DNA of 56,426 nucleotides from Tubiluchus corallicola (taxonomy: Eukaryota > Animalia > Priapulida): positions 1 to 56,426 of the forward strand of contig JAQGDQ010001191.1 of the NCBI GenBank assembly GCA_030141605.1. The letters run 5' to 3'. Numbering within the stretch: the stretch's first letter is position 1; each line of letters starts with the position of its first letter. Position numbers and translations under genes: made by a program. The notes beneath the pieces were generated by a model. That model was not told the origin of the DNA, ran no database searches, and saw only the letters and a list, made by a program, of their open reading frames with translations. This document shows positions 44,901 to 56,426 of the stretch, in pieces.

Positions 44901-46662
44901 ATCTATAACTAGTGAAGATTTCCCCAAGTTTTGCTTGACAGCATAGGTGTACGGTACTTAAGCATAAGAATATGGTGTTCAGCATAGATATACGGTGTTT
45001 CAGCATAGATATACTGTGTTTTAGTATAAGTGTATGATGTTTGTCTCTTATAAATGAGTACTGAACGTGTAAAAAGAGTCACATTTGGCCAAAGAATAAA
45101 AATTGATTTGACAGATAAGATAAGAATAGCGCAAATGAGCTAATTCACAAACAGATTAAAAATGTAGAACTTCAATTGTACCAGCAAGAACCACTACCAA
45201 ACACCATATGGAACTGAGAACGCATTACTTAAAGAAAGTTTTCTTTGCAAATTCTTGCCCCGTCATCGTACAGCGTGCTGACAAGCAAAACTTAGCAAAC
45301 CTGAGGTACACTTATAATAATATTTATACTGTTTTATACATGGCTCAACAAACCTTACTCCTGCGCCGTCTCTTGCGCCACCTAGCTGTGTAATAAACAA
45401 ACTCCTGAGTTGGGAAGGTGAGCAAGAGAGAGAGACGGGTCACAAGACTGTGCAGGGTAAAATCACATTAACCACAACATGTCAAAAATACCTCCATTCT
45501 AACCATCTAAGGTTGTAATTCTTTATATATATATATATATAATAATTATATATAACCACACATAATTGGTTCAGCCAGGCTGATATGATCTTACACAACA
45601 CCTAATACACACATCTATATATATGTATATATAATATATTATTATTTCATATAAGCAATAATGAGCAATTGCATAATATGCCTGCCACCAGGAATAGATT
45701 ATGCTCATTAGCTTGCCAAGCTTAAAAAATAATCAAAGCTTACAAAAACTGTTGAATACATTAGCCTGGTACAAAGTCTACGCTGCACTTTACGAGCGTT
45801 TTCAAAAACGGTGCTGTGTTGCATTGTACTGCAATAATTCGTGTAAAAAATTGCAAAGCAGGAAGTTTTGCTTTATTATATAAATTATGACTTTTTTAAT
45901 CTGAAAAATAAATTTAGCATACTGTGTTACTTATACAAATCATAGAGCAAATCAAGTCAAATTACATAGTAGAGCAACAGAAACTTAGCAGTGACATATG
46001 CAAGCTATGAGCTAAAGCATAATAACACACCACATGAGGTATTTTAATTCACAAGACTGCCAACAGATGGCACTAAGATCTATGAAACGAACTGGCATTG
46101 CAAACGTATGTGCTGCACAAGTGCAGGAACTTGCTCTGTAATACTGTAGGAGAATACAACCATGAGATTTTTAAACATTAGCACGTTGGGTTCCCAACAG
46201 ACAGGAACACGCATAGGCCAACCGTACGCCCTGATCAAACGAGTGAATGCACACACTTGCATTGGCATTTGTCTTTATAAACTACAGCTTAATTAAACAC
46301 AAACCAGAGACAGAGAAACGGGATACTCTCTAAACTAAACAAGTTCAACATTATATACATGCTAAGACTGCAGAGGTGACCCTTTTTTTGGAAAAATTAC
46401 GACTGTAATTGGCCCGGGAATTGTAACAACAAACAACGTGCTATGTACAGATTATGCAACACCCACTTTGGAAATAACCAATCTTAGTTTTAGAAAATAA
46501 CAACTTGACTTGTCTAGAAGCCTATCTGCTGTATCAGCATTTAGACAAAGTTGCTTAAATTTCACTTTCCGAAAGTCATTTATGCAATAACGGTACGTCG
46601 AAACAACATCAGACAGCTAAAATCCTAAAAACTCTACATAATTAATATCATGTACATTTTTA

Positions 46663-46757
46663 GTTGCTATGGCAACTTGCATTTGTTACTATGGCAACAT
46701 GAGTGTTTTTTGTCCTCGGTGCATTGCTATGGCAATGTCAACTGTTGCTATAGTAAC
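46663..46757. promoter_or_regulatory. Cluster of four RFX X-box-like palindromes just 3' of the POU stop codon
   Basis: GTTGCTATGGCAAC 46663, GTTACTATGGCAAC 46685, ATTGCTATGGCAAT 46723, GTTGCTATAGTAAC 46744. Confidence 0.55.
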
Positions 46758-46838
46758 GCTATACTGACCATCACTATTATGGCACCCAGGAAGCACCTGA
46801 TGGCTACCAGATCGTGCTGCCACTAGGTGGACAACACA

Positions 46839-49800
46839 TCAACTCGAAGGATTAGACTCAGTCTTAGCAGTTCCTAGCAGTGGCATAGGCACTGCTGTAG
46901 GCAGCGTCATGGAAACTGCTCCATACTGGGTGTTGGCCGGGAGGAAGCTACGATTTTCAACAACCTTCATGAGTTCGGCTTCGTGTTGCCTGTAAACAGC
47001 TTCGCGTTGTCTGAGATTAGCTTCAGCTTCGCGTTGTCTGAATAAGGCATCTGCTTCCCGCTGTCTGTAAGTGGCCTCGGCATCACGTTGCTGCCTTAAA
47101 CTAGCCTCTGCCTCGCGCTGCCGTAACGTAATATCGGCCTCGCGTTGGCGCAAAGCAGCTTCGGCCTCGCGCCTCAAACTAGCCTCAGCTTCACGCTGCC
47201 TTAAAGCAGCCTCGGCCTCCCGTCTTAAACTGACCTCAGCTTCGCGCTGTCTTAAGGTAGCCTCAGCCTCACGTCTCAAGCTGGCCTCAGCCTCACGCTG
47301 TCTTAAATTGGCTTCTACATCACGCTGTCTAGACTCGACTTCAAGTTGCCTGGCTTCAACCTCTCTCTGTCTTTGCTCCACTTCCGTTTTAGATTGTCTT
47401 GCCTCGTCTTCGTGGTGTCTTAAACTGGTTTCGCTGTCCTGATGCCTGATACTTGCTTCAATGTCAGCTTGTCTTATACCAGCATCAGTGTCACGTCTCA
47501 TACTGGCTTTCATGTCGTGCTGTCGCAGCCCGTCATGTGGCTGTATGCTTACGTCATTCTTATTATTAACCGCCGATGACGACGTGACAAGCGACACGTG
47601 ACTTGGGAATGTTGATTGGCTGAGGCTCTGTGCCACATTGTTGTGACTGGCCTGTGCAAAACTGTACTGGATGCTGGAATGGGCTAACGAACTAGGTGAT
47701 AGAGAGTGTGGACTGCCGACATTTGAACTCGGAGGGTTTATACGCTTCTCTTTCTGTCTGCGGTTGCAGAACCACACTCTTACCACCTCCTTCTCCATCC
47801 GCAAGCTGTCGGCAAGCATCTGAATCTCTTCTGACATGGGCTTAGGGTTCTGCAGGAATGCTTTCTCTAGAGCGATGCGGATGCTGGTCTCGATACTCGT
47901 TCGCTTCTTTCGCCGTCTGCCGAGGTGTTCCGCTTGCTGCTGAAGCTGACTAGGACTCGCGTTCGGGTTGTTCAGCGACGCGTCGGCGTCCTCAAGCCAT
48001 TTCTGCAGCAACGGCTTCAACTTGCACATGTTCTTAAAGCTGAGATTTAAAGCTTCAAATCGAGATATAGTTGTCTGGCTGAAATCGTTGCCATACAGCT
48101 TCCCCATAGCCAAACCTACATCGCCTTGTGTAAAACCTGAAAAATCATTACAAATTACATCACTTTGCTGGGCATCCAAGTATGTAGCCATTAAATTTAC
48201 ACAACATTCATACAGTCATGCGTGATACTATGCTCATGAATATGTTGCATAAACTATAAACGCATAGTACTTAACACAGTTAAAGAAAACTCGAATTTGC
48301 TGTTAGTTTATTGCAAAATACAATGTTCTAGCTATATGTTTTAGATACTTTTGACTCTTTATCTTTACCAGAAAGAGGCAAAATCTCACAGTATGTAACA
48401 GCTGTATGCAACGTGCCCCTCGAAATTAACCAACTGATGGAAATAGTATCAAAATTTCCACTGGGAACCCTGAATCAAAACCCATTAAGTAATAGTATTA
48501 AGCAATAAAGTTCCCCAAGCAAAAGCAAACCAAGAAAAGCTAAAGAAGACTGACTGATTGATTGACTGACTGATTGAACACTTTTATTTTGGAACAAAGT
48601 CCATATTACAACACAATACAAATCATAGTTAACAAACAAACATTATACATATAAATCTATCTACAATTATCGGTTAGTAGTTTCACACAGTTAAATACAG
48701 TTAACTAAGTATTTATGATATTTACAACTTTGCTCTATTGGGCTACAGTATACATTATACAACATAAATATAAATAAACAGTCACTGTTAAATATATTAC
48801 TTATCAATTACTTTCCAATTAGAAGAGGAATTGTTTTAATTCTAAGTTACAAAGCTCTTTTAATGAGGACTCTAAATTCTTAGATTATGACTATAGTTTT
48901 ATTTTTAATAAATAATAGAAGCCTTTACCTAGTTTGATTCTCCTTTGTTTGAATGTTTTAGCAAAGAGTTCCAGTTCTTCCAGGTCAGTATTTTCCTCGG
49001 GAAGAGCGAGTTGAGCCCGCCCGCTCGTGCTCCGCACCGGTTCAATGCGTGTCGGAGTGGGTGGCGAAGCTGTGGGTGTCTTTTGTAGTTGCTGCAAAAG
49101 TCAAATGCGATAAAACATTTTATTTTATAAAACATGGGTAGTCCATACGTCTAATTATTTTAGCATTATACTGTATAATTGTTGTATGCTCATAATCTAG
49201 GGATGAGAATGACAAATTGCAAAAAACTCTGAAACAGGCCGGGGGTTTGGGGGCCACGTAGCCCCCATGGGGGTTCAAGGGGTCCAAGGCGAAGCCCCCT
49301 TGGAGCCAGCAACAAAAAGCCTCTAAGTGGACTTAAAATATCAGTTACCTTGTTTCATTGTTTCATGCATAATTTAAAATACCCAACTATCAAGGATACA
49401 TGATACCTAATTGTCTCAAAAACGCCTAAGTACTGGCCGCTCCTATAAGTATATAAAAACTGTCTGCAATTGACCCAAATAACTCCGCACAATTGATTCT
49501 ATATTTTTATACATCGAGATATACATGTGGTTACACTTTGATGCACGTGCTGTAAACAAAGTGACGGCCCGCCATCTAGCGGTCAGCGTGTGAAATAATG
49601 TACTGGGTCAGTAAAAATTTTCTCAACGAATTTACGCGATTTACAAAAATGGCATTACTGGTCTTCCAAAAACTCGGAATTCCACATATCCACGGAAAAT
49701 TCTCATCCCTGATAATCTTGTTATTATCACTCATTGTTTGCACTTGCATTGTATTATATTATGTGGTTTTCTACCTACACATTGTATCGTTTACTAATAT

Positions 49801-52800
49801 GTATTGCACCAGTCGAGTATGTAATAAATAATAATAATAATAGCTAAACAAACTGTGGAATGCAACTATGTAGTTGATATCACAAATGGCAAAATCCACA
49901 AGAAACTGATATAAACCAGAACAAATAAAAAAAGAATAAATGAGCTTACTGATGACTGCGACAGATGTTGCGTCACCTGGGAAAGCTGTGCAGTTGCTGG
50001 GGATGATGAAATAGATTGAGGCAGAGAAACGACGGGTTGACTTTGAAGTTGAAGGTTTTGAGGTATGAGTCCTTGTTGCAGAAGTCCCTGCAATAAAAAT
50101 TTATATGTTGCGTAACTAATAAAAAATAATAAAGATAATATGCGAGCTTGCATAGGAAAATCGTCCAATTCAGCAATTAAGATTTTCTAGTCATTCACAT
50201 TTCATGAAGACCATTTTGGTACCAAGTTCATCGTTCTATGTTATTTCTAAGCTGAGATAATCCACGTTGAAGTACAGGCTATGCACTGAAAAACGTAATC
50301 TTGAGAAAATTGCTGCTAAAGTTTGCCATTGTTTTTTGTCTTATTTCTACAAAACACTTAACAAGCGCACAAATGTTGGTTGCTAAGGACTTTGGAAGAG
50401 CACAGTGAAATTATGTTTAAATCTAGTAGATGGCTCTCTCTGACGAAGATCTAGGCTTAGAAGCAGAAATAACCTGAATCAAAATGACAATTTCCAGGAG
50501 CTACTATCAGAGCTTGAAAATAGGAGTTTTTTACAATTTCAGTACTAGTTTCTAGACAGAAAAGTGGGTAAGGAGTTATAAAATTTAATTTTTTGTATTT
50601 CTTCAACATTTTCTTGATAATTTGATGCCAGAACATAAAAGTCCAATACATTTAGCGTTGGGTTTTATAAAACACGAAAAATTGACATTTGAACAAATTT
50701 TTCGAGTCACTCTACTTTGAAGCATCATAACGTGGTTTTAACTATGCCGACTTATGGACAGTTTTGGTTTGCAAGCGTACATGTAATAATAACTACAACC
50801 CCGTGCCTGTTATCTGCATATTTCTTTCTCCAGCAAATTATATTTTATTAATAACAATCAGGCCCATTTCAGCAAGAATGTTAGCAGATATCTTCTACTA
50901 GTAGCGAATTAGTTACAGGGTTACAGGAAGTTCACAATTCTGAGCCTGCACATATGATTTCTCCTATTGCCTTGTTTCTGTTGATTTGCTTTAATAGTAC
51001 TATATTTCCGATAATCACATACGCATGTAAAGACATGCATTTGGTCTAGCTGTTTACTTGATAAGAAAATGGTTAAAATTATCAAGTTTTCACTAATTAA
51101 AGAAACTGGCGAAAAAGACGTCAGAAAGCTTAAGGAACAAGATTCGAACCTGCAACCTTACATTACTAATCAAGCCAATTCAATCAATTTATTTTTCCTC
51201 AACATTCGTTTCGCATTATAGAAGTAGGACGTTTCACTAATACTTGAGTAGCGCAACAAAAGACCAATTGGTCACTAACTCAGCTGCTCATTTTTTAACA
51301 ACAGAATTTTCTGATAGGCGCAAGTGAAAAAGCAAATAAAAAATATGAAAGCGTAGATATCTTATATGTAACACTGCAAAGGCAAAGCAAAAGGCAAACG
51401 AAAATCATATATCAGCTCAAAGCAAAGCAAAACAAAAAATAAACAAAAAAATCAACTCAAAGCAAAGTAAAGAAAAAGGCAAACAAAAAATAAAAAATCA
51501 CCTCAAAGCAAGGCAAAGCAAAAGGCAAACAAAAAATAAAAATATCAGCTCAAAGCAAAGCAAAACAAAAAGCAAACAAAAAATCAACTCAAAGCAAGGC
51601 AAAGAAAAAGGCAAACAAAAAATAAAAAATCACCTCAAAGCAAGGCAAAGCAAAAGGCAAACAAAAAATAAAAAATCACCTCAAAGCAAAAGGCAAACAA
51701 AAAATGAAATATCACTTAAAGCAAGGCAAAGCAAAAGGCAAACAAAAAATAAAAATATCAGCTCAACGCACAGCAAAGAGCAAACAAGAAAACAGCTTAA
51801 ATCAAAGTTACATATATAAACATAAATGTGTAATAAAAATTGAACAGTGTACAGTTACCGTACTAGCGCTGTATGACAGCTTTTAAAGAAGCATGTATAA
51901 TCAGTACTGCTATCACTAAACCAAATGAGTAGCTGAGCAGAAAAGCTGTAGCTTACAATAATAAATTCAAATAACGGTTGGCACCAAATTCTTTTCCGAT
52001 TTCCCACATTTTGCTTCGACGGCCAATGTGGCTACTACTAGTTTCCGAAATCCCGAATAAGCTCACCTGATTTTGGGCCAGCAGAAGTTGCTGCTGCAGA
52101 TGAGAGGGTAGCTGTTGCGGATTAAACAGCACGAACTGCTGCAGCTGTTGTAGATTTTGAAGATTCTGCGCTGTGGCTTGTAGCTGCTGCTGCAGCTGCT
52201 GCAACTCTTGAGGTCCAAGTTGTGTTAGTCCTGGCATGCATGAGACTGGTACCTGTGTAAAAATAATAGAAAACCATTAGAGCGCGTTTTATCAAATCTC
52301 AGGTTTCAACGGAAATTAAGAAAATCAAAGAAATTTGCCAAGGTGAGGCCGGTTTATCAGGAAAAAAGATTTCATTCAAATCATCATTAGTAACTCTCCT
52401 TCAATAACTATCGTAAATAAGCTGCATGATTTATGAAATTTAGCAAAAGAAGCAGAAAGTGTTTCAAAAAGTTGGCAACAGATGGCATGAGAGAATGACA
52501 AAAGCAGCAATTACTCATTGTAATAAAAAGGTAAATCAACAACAATAGTACAAGAATGTATGACAGTGGCTCCCCTTAATGGAAGCAGCAAAAATTTTCA
52601 GAATCAAATTTCAAGAATGTCAAGTATCAACATCAGTACTTAGTCTAGCCGAGAATAAATATGCTTCTATAGTTGCAAAAGTCCACAATAGATGGCGACA
52701 AAGCAGCAAACGGCTACCACCAACTACTTGTTCATCAAGCAATCATTTCAAGTTTTAATAAAGATGTATGTAGAATATCATTTTTTCTTCGTAAAAATAA

Positions 52801-55800
52801 TTATGTTGTACAGACTAAATTAGTTGTACAACTAGTTATCGTCGTTTTCATTTTAACAACTTTGTATAATTAGTTATCGTCGTTTTCGTTTTAATAATTT
52901 TGTACAATTAGTTATCGTCGTATTAACAATTTTGTACAATTAGTTACTGTCGTTTTCGTTTTAATAATTTTGTACAATCAGTTATCGTCGTTTTAACAAT
53001 TTTGTACAATTAGTTATTGTCGTTTTCGCTTTTACAGTCGTAAAGAATGGACCTGGGCTACCTGTTCTTTGATTAAAATACAACTTAAAATTAATTTTTG
53101 CATTGGATTACATTACATCCCATTTCGTACATGGTAGAATGACTTATTACCAAACACTAGAATTCAGCAATAAATACAAATGACTTGTACAACCCCCAAA
53201 TGTCTGCTAAACTTCAAATATCGATAAAAAGCGCATCAACACGCTGACGGCATTCAATAGTCAGAAAATACTTATAGAGGAGTGATGCTGACTGACTGTC
53301 TGACAGTCGGGTCTCTTCTTCCTACTTTGCGGAAATCGAAAGACGATACTCCATCATTTATCGCGACTATAACCAAGTTGCAGGGACAATGCTGTCAATA
53401 AATCCGCAAAATGTTTGATTTGATTCGAGTCCAACGGCAATCGAATAAAGCAAACAGAGATGGCCAGTGTACGAATAGATTTCTGTTTAGCGTGATGGTG
53501 AAAAGAAAATATGCCTTTAATAAAATCTTACTGAGAAGGCACGGCATGGTATAGTGTACACAAAGTTAATATAAAGAAAATAACATGTTTTCTGAATGCA
53601 AGATATGTTTGAAAGACTGCTTCTATACGCAGAAAGTACTTACGGTACTAACTGTAGTATTTATGAAAAAAAATAACATGTTTACTGAAAGCAAGATATG
53701 TTCGAAAGACTGCTTCTATACACAGAAAGTACTTACGGTACTAACTGTAGTATTTATGAAAAAAAAACATGTTTTCTGAATGCCAGATAAGTTTGAAAGA
53801 CTGCTACTATATGCAGAAAGTACTTACGGTACTAACTGTAGTATTTATGAAAAAAAACACGTTTTCTGAATGCAAGATATGTTTGAAAGACTGCTTCTAT
53901 ACACAGAAAGTACTTATGGTACAAACTGTAGTATTTATGAAAAAAAATAACATGTTTTCTGAATGCAAGATATGTTTGAAAGAATGCTTCTATATACAGA
54001 AAGTATTTATGGTAGTAACTGTAGTATTTATGAAAAAAAATAACATGTTTTCTGAATGAAAGGTATGTTCGAAAGACTGCTTCTATACACAGAAAGTACT
54101 TACGGTACTAACTGTAGTATTTATGAAAAAAAACATGTTTTCTGATTGCAAGATATGTTTGAAAGACTGCTCCTATACACAGAGAGTACTTACGGTACAA
54201 ACTGAAGTATTTATGAAAAAAATAACATGTTTTCTGAATGCAAGACATGTTCAAAAGACTGCTACTATACACAGAGAGTACTTACGGTACAAACTGAAGT
54301 ATTTATGAAAAAAAACATGTTTTCTGAATGTAAGACATGTTCGAAAGACTGCTCCTATACACAGAAAGTACTTATGGTACAAACTGTAGTATTTATGAAA
54401 AAAATAACATATGTTTTCTGAATGCAAGGTATGTTTGAAAGACTGCTTCTATACACAGGAAGTACTTACGGTACAAACTGAAGTATTTATGAAAAAAAAC
54501 ATGTTTTCTGAATGCAAGACATGTTCGAAAGACTGCTCCTATACACAGAAAGTACTTACGGTACTAACTGTAGTATTTATGAAAAAAATCTGTATGAGTG
54601 CACACACTGACAGGGCATTGAATAATTAATTGCAAATGTCACAAAATGTTGATTTTTTTAAGTCAGTATATCCAAATAATATAATAAATTAAATGCCTAT
54701 TTTAGCATAATTAAATCACACCCACGAAAAATTTCGAAAATAAGTTTACTAAGATTGCAAAACAATTTGTGGGTAAATTAAAAAATTTCGATACAAAAAT
54801 GATACCGAACTGCAACCGACTCACTGCTTTACCAAAAACGAACGTTTGTTTAGTCTTTTTTAGAAGTACATGTACTACGAAAATGTTAGGAGATGATTCC
54901 TAATCCTAAAAGGTTGATGCCAAAAATCAAGTGCCCCGTTGAGGTGAGTAAATAGATGGAGAATGGGTACACAGAAGAGCTTGTAACAACGCCCTCTCTG
55001 GATAAATGTCTGCATTATCCTCACACCAATGACAAAACATTCTAGGAAAAAACTTTGTGAGTTTTTGTTGTTTGTATTATTACCTGATGATAATGTATTA
55101 TTACCTGTAGGGATGAGAATGACAGATTGTAAAAAATTCTGAAACAGGCCGGGGGTTTTGGGGCCTAGAAGCACCCTTGCAACCAGCAACAAATTGCAAT
55201 TTTGTGACCATAGAGAACCTCTAAGTGGACTTAATATATCAATTACCTTGTTTCATGCATAACTAAAAATACCCAACTATCAAGGATACATGATACCTAA
55301 TTGTCTCAAAAACGCCTAAGTACTGGCCGCTCCTATGCAAAAGTATATAAAAACTGTCTGCAGTTGACTCAAATAACTCTGCACAATTGCATATATCTAT
55401 ATTTTTATACATAGAGATATACACGTGGTTACACTGATGTACGGGATGTAAATAAAGTGACGGCCTCCCAACTAGCGGTCAGCTTGTGAAATAATGTATT
55501 GGGTCTGTAAAAATTTTCTCAACGAATTTACGCGATTTACAAAAATGGCACTACTGGTCTTCCAAAAATTCGGAATTCCGCATATCCGCAGAAAATTCAC
55601 ATCCCTGATTACCTTGATGATGATGATGTATTGTTACCTGTGAGGCAAATTTGTTTTGAAGTAGTAGATTGTTGGCAACAGCCTGCTGAGCAAGCGCCGC
55701 CCCAATCTGGTTGATTTGTAGTCCAGGTAGCTGTTGCGGAGTTGAGGTCCTAATGGTTGTAGGTAACGATTGCTTTCCATTAATCGATGGCTTTGGAAAT

Positions 55801-55838
55801 ATGGGCATTTGGTCCAAATCTGAGGATTCCTCTGTGAC
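46839..55838 (-). CDS. POU2F1: Class II POU homeodomain transcription factor (Oct-1/POU2F, nubbin/pdm group), 3' part. Exons 55638-55838, 52067-52252, 49950-50087, 48929-49091, 46839-48136; 5' end lies right of the window
   Basis: Gln-rich exons in phase 0; POU-specific domain [24 protein letters not shown]|[47 protein letters not shown]; homeodomain [21 protein letters not shown]...[21 protein letters not shown]. The symbol denotes the class, not one-to-one orthology. Confidence 0.93.
48548..48890 (-). mobile_element. Short degenerate LINE 3' end in a POU intron
   Basis: (TCAG/TCAA)n tail next to AATAAAAG on the minus strand; remnant ...[16 protein letters not shown]-like ORF2 end. Confidence 0.4.
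49198..49711. mobile_element. hAT-like MITE, copy 1
   Basis: TIRs TAGGGATGAGAAT / ATTCTCATCCCTG; ATAATC on both flanks; near-identical copy at 55108-55607. Confidence 0.8.
50220..50711 (+). mobile_element. Dispersed repeat of about 490 bp (probable non-autonomous DNA element); inverted copy at 55949-56426
   Basis: TACCAAGTTCA.CG.TCTATGTTATTTCTAAGCTGAGATAATCCACGTT...AAATTTTTC..GTCACTC matches the reverse complement of the window end. Confidence 0.75.
51376..51790. repeat. A-rich, about 35-42-bp degenerate tandem repeat following a LINE-3'-like hairpin (51244-51290)
   Basis: CTCAAAGCAAGGCAAAGCAAAAGGCAAACAAAAAATAAAAAATCA units; AAAGACCAATTGGTCA..TCAGCT motif shared with 13670-13700. Confidence 0.65.
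52820..53032. repeat. 30-38-bp minisatellite
   Basis: TACAATTAGTTATCGTCGTTTT(CGTTTT)AATAATTTTG units, about 6 copies. Confidence 0.85.
53575..54590. repeat. About 92-bp minisatellite, 11 copies, in a POU intron
   Basis: ATGTTTTCTGAATGCAAGATATGTTTGAAAGACTGC...GTATTTATGAAAAAAA recurs at 53585, 53678, 53769 ... 54501. Confidence 0.93.
55108..55607. mobile_element. hAT-like MITE, copy 2
   Basis: TAGGGATGAGAAT ... ATTCACATCCCTG; flanks ATTACCTG / ATTACCTT (7 of 8 match, TSD). Confidence 0.8.
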
Positions 55839-55948
55839 CTAAATCGCAAAATGTGACACTATTATTAAATGTTCATGGCGCACCAATAACAGACTTCTCA
55901 GTTCTGCCTTAGAACATAATATAAAATATATAAATTTACACATACGTT

Positions 55949-56426
55949 GAGTGACTGAAAAATTTGGTTCAAATGTCAATTTTCGTTTTATAAACCCAAC
56001 GCTAAATGTATTGACTTTATGGTTCTGGCATCAAATTATCAAGAAATGTTGGAAGAAATACAAAAATAAAATTTTATAACTCCTTACCCACTTTTCTGTC
56101 TAGAAACTAGTAATGAAATTGTAAAAAACTCCTATTTTCAAGCTCTGATTGTAGCTCGTGGAAGTTGTCATTTTGATTCAGTTTTTTTCTGTTTCTAAGC
56201 CTAGATCTTCGTCAGAAGAGTCATCTACTGGATTTAAACATAATTTCAATGTGCTTTTGCGAAGTCCTTAGCAACCGAAGTTTGTGCGGTTGTTAAGTGT
56301 TTTGTAGAGATGAGACAAAAAACAATGGCTGACTTTAGCAGCGATTTTCTCAAGATTACGTTTTTCATCTGTACTTTAACGTGGATTATCTCAGCTTAGA
56401 AATAACATAGAGCGGTGAACTTGGTA
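55949..56426 (-). mobile_element. Inverted copy of the 50220-50711 repeat, running off the window end
   Basis: Reverse-complement match over about 480 bp. Confidence 0.75.

Noticed and set aside
46839-48191. ORF start MATYLDAQQ as the POU N-terminus
   Set aside because: The first 18 codons are intron; the exon starts at 48136 after TTTTTCAG and continues the POU domain from 48929.
50438-50470. Hammerhead-ribozyme-like CTGACGA-AGATCTAGGCTTAGA..GAAA (also reversed near 56190-56216)
   Set aside because: Stem II is incomplete and I could not identify stems I/III or a cleavage triplet; an Infernal search with hammerhead models would be needed.
51138-51172. tRNA gene (B-box GGTTCGAATC on the minus strand; similar at about 43258)
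   Set aside because: No A-box or cloverleaf could be built; at best tRNA-derived SINE remnants.
53585-54629. CxxCxxxC-periodic ORFs resembling zinc fingers
   Set aside because: A 90-94-bp minisatellite with variable unit length, antisense in a POU intron.

Overview
AT-rich, intron-containing animal DNA, most likely from a bilaterian invertebrate. There are no prokaryotic features. From left to right: (1) the 3' part of a tyrosine aminotransferase (TAT) gene, 1-3889 (+). (2) An intronless class A GPCR, 10224-11234 (-). (3) Two fold-back palindromes with unrelated arms but an identical 24-nt centre; the larger one carries an inverted TAT exon and is interrupted by a full-length, mildly decayed CR1/L2-type LINE (13513-18953, -). 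(4) A broken second TAT copy (19488-23604) and a third, exon-less copy of the TAT 3' region (37937-41717). (5) A disrupted orphan gene with an N-terminal hydrophobic segment (27294-29809, -). (6) A five-exon gene not visible as such in the ORF track (32165-37409, -), encoding a 312-aa secreted protein with intron phases 1-0-0-0, an IL-6-like last helix and a TATA/NF-kB/STAT promoter; this is a candidate invertebrate long-chain class I helical cytokine. (7) The 3' five coding exons of a class II POU gene (46839-55838, -) with an unusual E/R/A-rich repeat tail. MITEs, truncated LINEs and mini/microsatellites fill the rest. All exon models were assembled by eye from GT/AG sites and reading-frame continuity; no database searches were run.
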